Source: Neophaeotheca triangularis (Eukaryota). From it: a stretch of DNA of 64,000 nucleotides. The stretch's first letter is position 1. Each line of letters starts with the position of its first letter. Location of the stretch: the NCBI GenBank assembly GCA_054600435.1, contig BAAIJX010000011.1, positions 372,001 through 436,000 of the forward strand, in the 5' to 3' direction. This document shows, one piece after another, positions 58,400 through 64,000 of this stretch. The notes below the pieces were generated by a model. That model had not been told where the DNA came from, made no database searches, and saw only the letters and a program-made list of their open reading frames with translations. The translations under genes and the position numbers were made by a program.

Positions 58400-61300
58400 G
58401 TGGCCTGGCACCAGCGCCCGCCATGGACAGGGACAAGGAGCAGAAGATGTCGCGAACAGACGCGCAGGTTCAGCGTCTCTTTGAACGTCTGAGAGATGAG
58501 ATACCCGACTTCCAATTCGACGAGGCTATCGATCCCTTCCATTCCAGCTACGACGACTGGCACGTTTTTGGCAGGCATCGCCCACGTCGCACAGAGGGCG
58601 CTCGCAAACCAAGCACCCACTCTGCATCTAGGGAGCATTCGCGGTCTAGTAGCGCGAGGCCGAGCTCAGAGTACGATGACGCGGGTGACAGTTCGTCCGA
58701 GGATGAGAAGGAGGCGGTGACGATAGTAGCGAGAGTGTCAAAGCATACTACCAGACTGGAGAGGGAGTTTAAGATATGTCAGGCGCTGGCTCGGGACTCT
58801 GAGACGGACACGGGATGCTTCGTCAAGCCGATCAAGTTTTCGAAGATGCCGCCCAGACGGTCAGGAGATGTGACCCTGGCCGTATCAATAGTGGAGGCAC
58901 CCGGCGATAATAAACTGAGGGACCTTGCCGAGTTTGGGCCAAATTTCTACAACGCTACGCCCAAGGAAGAGAATCTGAATCCCTTGAGCCCAAAATCAGA
59001 GGACCCAGATAGGAGATTAAGTCAGCATCCGGACGTTCCTCTTCTGGTTTTCCTAGACTTTGCGTGCGGAGCGAGCCATGTACTAGAAGTGTTGCACGGT
59101 CATGAGATAGTCCACGGGGAGCTGAGGGGGGATGCATTCCACTTCTGCGAGGATACCAAGTCAGTAAAGCTTATGAACTTCGGCTCTGGCTCTAGGAGCT
59201 TCGAATCTGGCCTGAGCGCAGCTGTCTGGACGAACTTGATGGCAACACTAGGGGTGGAGCACAAATTGCAGTTCATTGCTCCAGAGCAGACCGGGCGGCT
59301 CCCCGCGGAGCCAGACTCAAGGACGGACATCTACTCTCTTGGTATCTTACTCTGGACTATGCTGACTGGGAGGCCTGCCTTCGAAGGAGAGTCGCCTTTG
59401 GATATTATGCAGAACTTGTTGTCGAAGCGAGTCCCGCCAGTCTCAAGCATTCGTGGTGATATACCGGATGCTGTCTCTGCAGTGATACAAAAGATGACCC
59501 ACAAGAACATAGACGAGCGATACAACAGTGCAGGCGCTGGCGTTCGACACGACTTTGAGCAACTCAGGCACATATTGACAGCCGGAAACGTGGAAGCGCT
59601 GTCAAGCTTCCGGCCCGCAAGCAAGGATGTATCGTGTTTCTTTTACCTACCAACGCATCTGGTGGGCCGGGAAGAGCAGCAGAACCAAATCTTGGAAGTC
59701 ATACGGCGCGCTGCCCGGCGGCTTGCACGCGCTGCGCCTGTTACTAAGAAGGGTTTGTATAGTCTGAGCTCTGGGTCTGCTTCCATGATATCCGGTGAGC
59801 GACCGGGCTACTGTCCACTCGATGAAGACCTTATCAGCGAGAGCACCTCTTCCGGAGATCGAGAGCGGGATTCCAGAGTGAACAGTGCCACGGACATTCA
59901 GCCGTACGACATACTCAAGAACCAGGACCGTCAGCTCTCGCGCGAAAGCATTGACAGCTCTACCAATGCGTCCCAACGCTCCGACGACGTCGAATTCAGA
60001 ACATTCGAGGCAAAATCTTCGCTAGAAAGCCGTAACTCTGACGGCATCCCTAGGGCTCCTTCCGTCTATGGTCTTAACAGCGAGACTGCGCCCTCTAACC
60101 TCCTGCGTGTAGCACAGAAGCTCAAGCGGAAGGGAAGGACTGAGGTCATTGCTGTAGCGGGCGAAGCAGGGCATGGCAAATCATCACTGCTACACAGCGT
60201 TCAGAGCAAAGCGCGAGGCTACTCTTTCTGGACTTCTGCCAAATTCGACCAGATAAAGCGAGCACCTTTCGATCCATTGCTACGCGTCATGTCTTCACTT
60301 TTTCGACAAATTTTCTCCGAGAATGACCTCAACACACCCTTTCACGACAACGTTCGCACATGCATCCGCCCTTTTTGGCCAGTGCTAGCACCTTACCTAG
60401 ATCTGCCGCTTTGGCTCCTCTCTCCGGGCGTAAATGGCCACACTTCCAGTACAACCTCTTTGCAGGCGAACGGCAATGGTTCTCTTGGTTCGATACCGGA
60501 GAAGCGTGCGTGTAAACCAGCTTCGACTCAAGAATGGCTGCGGTCAGGCGGCTCCAACAAGTCTTCCAGATTAAGACATGTCTTCGTCAACGTCCTTCGC
60601 TTGTTAGCCTTGCAAAAGGTCATTTGTCTCTGCCTGGATGACGTACAGTTCGCGGATCAGGAGTCGCTTGAGCTTCTGCAAAACATAGTGTCGTCTCATG
60701 TGCCGATCGTACTCGTCTTGAGCTTCAAGAAAGAGGAGAAACTACCTGCAAAAACGCTGACTTTGCTGGAAAAGGCTACGTTGGTTGAAGTGGGCCCCTT
60801 TAGCGACGACGAAGCTGGTCAATATGTTGCAGACACTCTTCGACGGTCGAAGGAGTCGTGCCTGGCTCTGACAGCTGTAGTGCAAGAGAAGACGCAAGGC
60901 AACCCATTCTTCGTCCGCGAGATGCTCGACTCCTGCTATCGCAAGAAATGCATCTACTTCTCCTGGGCCGATGGACAATGGGAATTCAGTCTCGACCGGG
61001 TTTTTGATGAGTTCAGCAGCCCTGACGCCAACAAGTTCAGCTCCAACGACTTCATTGCGCGTAGGCTGCTAGAACTGCCCGTAGACTGCCAGGCACTTCT
61101 CTCCTGGTGCTCGATACTCGGCAACGTCGTCTCCTTCGAAGTGGTCAAAAAAGCTATGAGCTGCGACTGTTCCACTAAAAGCCCCAAGGAGTTCATTCCA
61201 ACAACTTCTAAAGATCCCGTAGCTGGGCTTCAGGTGGCCTTGAAAGCCTTCGTTCTCATGCCTACTGAAAACGAAGACCGTTTCAGATGGTCGCACGACA

Positions 61301-64000
61301 GGTACATGACCGCTACCGAGACACTCAATCAGAACTACAGGAAAGCAGAGATGCACTACGTGATTGCATGCTCGCTCATGAAGCACTATCCTTATGATGC
61401 CGCAACGCAGCCGAACAAAAACCTCTTCGAGCAAGCACGCCACGTATGCGAAGCAAACGAAGTAGTCAAGCTTCGCGAGACGTGGAGGGAACCATTCCGA
61501 GATCTTTTGTATCAAGCCGCCGAAACGGCCAGGGAGACGGGTGCGAGATCGATAGGGCTCTACTACATCAAACATTGTCTCGATTTGCTGGCCGACGATC
61601 CTTGGGCAGAGAGCGAGGCCACAGACGCTTCATACACCGAGACTTTGACACTCCTCACGAAGGCCGCCGAAGCCTACTGGTACCACGGCGATGTGGAGAA
61701 AGCGGAGAGTATTCTACATGAGATCTTCAGCCATGTTCGCGACCCAAAAGATAGAGCACCAGCTGCTATAATCCAGAGCCGCATGTACGCCATCCAGGGC
61801 GACAGCCGGAGCGCATTTCTCTCCCTGAAGCGCGCGCTTGGCGACTTGGGTATAGACTTACCAAGCACCGATTGGAAGACCTGCGATGCAGAGTTTGAAC
61901 GCCTCATTGGCCAACTAAAAGCCAAAACGGTTGATCTTAGCGGCCTGAGCCTTGACGACGTAGACCATGATCTTCTCACCATTGGCGCGCTCATGGTCGA
62001 GCTCCTCTCGGCAAGCTTCTGGACGGACACTCTGCTTTTCTATGAAGCTACACTGAAGATCATGCAGGTCTATCTCAAGCGTGGGCCTTTCCCTCAAGTT
62101 GGTCTTGGCTACATCCATCTCGCCGCGCTCGGAGTTTCGAGATTTGGGCTGATGCAGTGCGGCATGGAATTCGGTAGCACAGCGCTCAAGTTCTTCGAAA
62201 CTTTCCATGACGAGTCTTATACCGTTGGTCGAGGTCTTACTCTACAAGGCTTGTTCGTTGGACACCTACAAATGGATATGCATGCGCAATTTCCCTCGCT
62301 TCATAGAGGCCTGGAGTCTGCCATTGCGGCTGGCGATAGAATTCTTCACTTGCTCAACATGGGCGCCATTGCAGCGTACAGGTTGTGGGGCTCGGAAAAT
62401 CTGCAAGAGGTTGAGGCGTATGTTCTTTCTGTAGCTGACGAGTTTCCCGACTGGGCGGTGGACCTTCGAGGGGGAGCTATTCTTACTTCAGTGAGGCAGT
62501 TTTCTCGCGCGCTCTGTGGGAAGACGTATGCCAGAAGCCCGTCGACTGTCTTTGACGACGAAACACACACGAGCGAGCAATGGGCCAAATTTGCTCAGTC
62601 GCGCGCTTCTAATCCTCTCCGCCCGTTGGCAATCTACAACAGCTACAAGATCGAAGCCCTATACCGCTTCGGCTACTATCGAGAGGCTTACCAGCTTGGA
62701 CAGGACATGGAGGGCAGCATCGATGACCTCATGTCAATGCGAAACGTTTACTCGATTTGCTTCTACCGCGCGCTTTCTACCTTGGCAATTGTCCGTGTCG
62801 AACCCGATAGATCAGACAAGGAGCAGCTTCTGCGACGTGTGGCCAACCTCCGGGCAAGGATCGAGATCGCCGCATCCATCAACACCGCCAATTACGCCGT
62901 CTGGCTCAATCTCATTGATGCTGAGCTAGCGGACGTCAATGGAGCCTACGGGAAGATGTTGAGCTGCTACGAAGCCGCCGTTGACCATGCGGTGCTTCAC
63001 GGGTTTGCCCTTGAGGAAGCACTAGCTCTCGAACTTTATGCCGACTGGCTTATTCGCAAGGGTGCATCCCGGCCGGCACGGGGTATCGTTCTGGACTGCA
63101 TATCAGCATATCGCAGGCTATCCGCACAAGGCAAGGCCGAGCACGTAACTGAGAAATACGACTTCCTCTTGTTTGGAACGCGAAGCAATACGACAGCTGA
63201 TGTTGGGACGCAAACTGTGGATATCACGCCTCAGAGCACTTCGTATACTGGTCTCGATCAGCACGCTATGGACCACGGAGCGCAGACTTCAGAAGACAGG
63301 ACGAAGGAGTGGCTCGAGCCTCGGGATTCTGCTGCTTCAGCTCAAGCACATGGTCAGGATGTGGCAACGGCAATGCCAGGCGGCATTTCTGCTGTGGGGT
63401 TGGATATGATCGATCTCGCCAGTATCCTCGAGTCTTCTCAGCTATTATCAAGTGAATTGGAGGTTGAAAAACTGCTCAGTAAACTCACAGAGATCATCGT
63501 CGAATCTACGGGCGCTGGCCACTGCGGCATTGTAATAGAAGATGGGGAACGTGGCTGGTGCGTAGCCTCGATTGGGTCCCCAGAGGGCGTTGAGGCGCCT
63601 GTTGATGGCATACCCCTCGAGAAAGTCGACGATCCTGTTGCGAGACAGGTCGCACTATACGTGCTGCGTTTCAAGGAGTCCGTTTTCTTGAGGAATGTCT
63701 TGGAAGATGAAAGATTCGCCAACGTACCGGAGCAGTGGCTTGCGGCCAACCCAGACGGCGCTAGCATGATAGCAATACCTATCTTGCACGGTGATGACGT
63801 TCTGTTGGGCTCTCTGTATTGCCAGGCTGCTCCCAACACCTTCACAGAGCGAACAGTCACTCTGATGAAGCTCCTGGTTAATCAAATCGCAATCTCTATC
63901 GCCAACGCCTTACTCTTCAAGCGAGTCGAGAAGGTGTCGGCGACCAACTCGTCCATGCTCGAAGTGCAGAAGCAGGCGCTTGATCAAGCTCGGGAGTCGG
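58396..64000 (+). CDS. Kinase-like/AAA/GAF hybrid histidine kinase (group X; Chk1/Mak2-3/PhkA-like), truncated by the window end
   Basis: I read this ORF manually because it is absent from the ORF track (no stop inside the window). The frame from ATG 58396/58423 carries PFHSSYDDW, kinase-like HGELRGDAF, NFGSG, FIAPEQTGR and DIYSLG, Walker A GEAGHGKS (~60160), CLDDVQFAD, KTQGNPFF, WSHDRY, and a GAF region SSELEVEKLL...LVNQIAISIANALLF. HisKA and REC domains are expected downstream. Confidence 0.9.
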   Translation, partial: MSGLAPAPAMDRDKEQKMSRTDAQVQRLFERLRDEIPDFQFDEAIDPFHSSYDDWHVFGRHRPRRTEGARKPSTHSASREHSRSSSARPSSEYDDAGDSSSEDEKEAVTIVARVSKHTTRLEREFKICQALARDSETDTGCFVKPIKFSKMPPRRSGDVTLAVSIVEAPGDNKLRDLAEFGPNFYNATPKEENLNPLSPKSEDPDRRLSQHPDVPLLVFLDFACGASHVLEVLHGHEIVHGELRGDAFHFCEDTKSVKLMNFGSGSRSFESGLSAAVWTNLMATLGVEHKLQFIAPEQTGRLPAEPDSRTDIYSLGILLWTMLTGRPAFEGESPLDIMQNLLSKRVPPVSSIRGDIPDAVSAVIQKMTHKNIDERYNSAGAGVRHDFEQLRHILTAGNVEALSSFRPASKDVSCFFYLPTHLVGREEQQNQILEVIRRAARRLARAAPVTKKGLYSLSSGSASMISGERPGYCPLDEDLISESTSSGDRERDSRVNSATDIQPYDILKNQDRQLSRESIDSSTNASQRSDDVEFRTFEAKSSLESRNSDGIPRAPSVYGLNSETAPSNLLRVAQKLKRKGRTEVIAVAGEAGHGKSSLLHSVQSKARGYSFWTSAKFDQIKRAPFDPLLRVMSSLFRQIFSENDLNTPFHDNVRTCIRPFWPVLAPYLDLPLWLLSPGVNGHTSSTTSLQANGNGSLGSIPEKRACKPASTQEWLRSGGSNKSSRLRHVFVNVLRLLALQKVICLCLDDVQFADQESLELLQNIVSSHVPIVLVLSFKKEEKLPAKTLTLLEKATLVEVGPFSDDEAGQYVADTLRRSKESCLALTAVVQEKTQGNPFFVREMLDSCYRKKCIYFSWADGQWEFSLDRVFDEFSSPDANKFSSNDFIARRLLELPVDCQALLSWCSILGNVVSFEVVKKAMSCDCSTKSPKEFIPTTSKDPVAGLQVALKAFVLMPTENEDRFRWSHDRYMTATETLNQNYRKAEMHYVIACSLMKHYPYDAATQPNKNLFEQARHVCEANEVVKLRETWREPFRDLLYQAAETARETGARSIGLYYIKHCLDLLADDPWAESEATDASYTETLTLLTKAAEAYWYHGDVEKAESILHEIFSHVRDPKDRAPAAIIQSRMYAIQGDSRSAFLSLKRALGDLGIDLPSTDWKTCDAEFERLIGQLKAKTVDLSGLSLDDVDHDLLTIGALMVELLSASFWTDTLLFYEATLKIMQVYLKRGPFPQVGLGYIHLAALGVSRFGLMQCGMEFGSTALKFFETFHDESYTVGRGLTLQGLFVGHLQMDMHAQFPSLHRGLESAIAAGDRILHLLNMGAIAAYRLWGSENLQEVEAYVLSVADEFPDWAVDLRGGAILTSVRQFSRALCGKTYARSPSTVFDDETHTSEQWAKFAQSRASNPLRPLAIYNSYKIEALYRFGYYREAYQLGQDMEGSIDDLMSMRNVYSICFYRALSTLAIVRVEPDRSDKEQLLRRVANLRARIEIAASINTANYAVWLNLIDAELADVNGAYGKMLSCYEAAVDHAVLHGFALEEALALELYADWLIRKGASRPARGIVLDCISAYRRLSAQGKAEHVTEKYDFLLFGTRSNTTADVGTQTVDITPQSTSYTGLDQHAMDHGAQTSEDRTKEWLEPRDSAASAQAHGQDVATAMPGGISAVGLDMIDLASILESSQLLSSELEVEKLLSKLTEIIVESTGAGHCGIVIEDGERGWCVASIGSPEGVEAPVDGIPLEKVDDPVARQVALYVLRFKESVFLRNVLEDERFANVPEQWLAANPDGASMIAIPILHGDDVLLGSLYCQAAPNTFTERTVTLMKLLVNQIAISIANALLFKRVEKVSATNSSMLEVQKQALDQARES

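Noticed and set aside
58955..63885. Many short ORFs listed in the last 5.5 kb
   Set aside because: They are off-frame or antisense fragments of the single long histidine kinase ORF on the plus strand.
1..64000. CRISPR arrays, tRNA/rRNA genes, transposons, RIP-degraded AT-rich blocks, secondary-metabolite backbone genes
   Set aside because: I saw no repeat-spacer arrays, tRNA-like box A/B structures, transposase or reverse transcriptase motifs, long AT-rich tracts, or PKS/NRPS motifs. This was by eye only; tRNAscan-SE, Infernal and RepeatMasker would be needed to exclude them.

Overview
Gene-dense eukaryotic DNA from a filamentous ascomycete. It has short GT-AG introns with CTRAC branch sites; a Dothideomycete or black-yeast-like origin is an inference from gene content and style. 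About 24 protein-coding genes are supported. These are MRPS17, TPS1, a HIRIP3-like protein, ALR1/CorA, a Q/P-rich protein, MRM2, three diverged paralogous type II membrane proteins carrying the PLOD/LH3 glycosyltransferase motif set, HYM1/MO25, a PAS-PAS hybrid histidine kinase (group V-like), IST1, a CIR-N/LENG1-like protein, FlbE, MED4, an allantoate-type MFS permease, RPB5, PPM1, a secreted spherulin/germin cupin, a histidine phosphatase, GPN3, a few orphans, and a very large kinase-like/AAA/GAF hybrid histidine kinase (group X-like). The last gene runs off the window end and is missing from the supplied ORF track. I saw no tRNA, rRNA, CRISPR or intact transposon. The most notable observations are: (1) the three-gene collagen-glycosyltransferase-like cluster in an organism without collagen; (2) ATGA stop/start-overlapped uORFs in front of both hybrid histidine kinases, including a two-uORF chain; (3) a TPS1 N-terminal extension lying inside a predicted 5' intron; (4) recurrent palindromic AGGTA/TACCT arrays in promoters; (5) a long, structured, introner-like intron. 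All intron and exon coordinates were read by eye and all family assignments come from motif recognition, not database searches.
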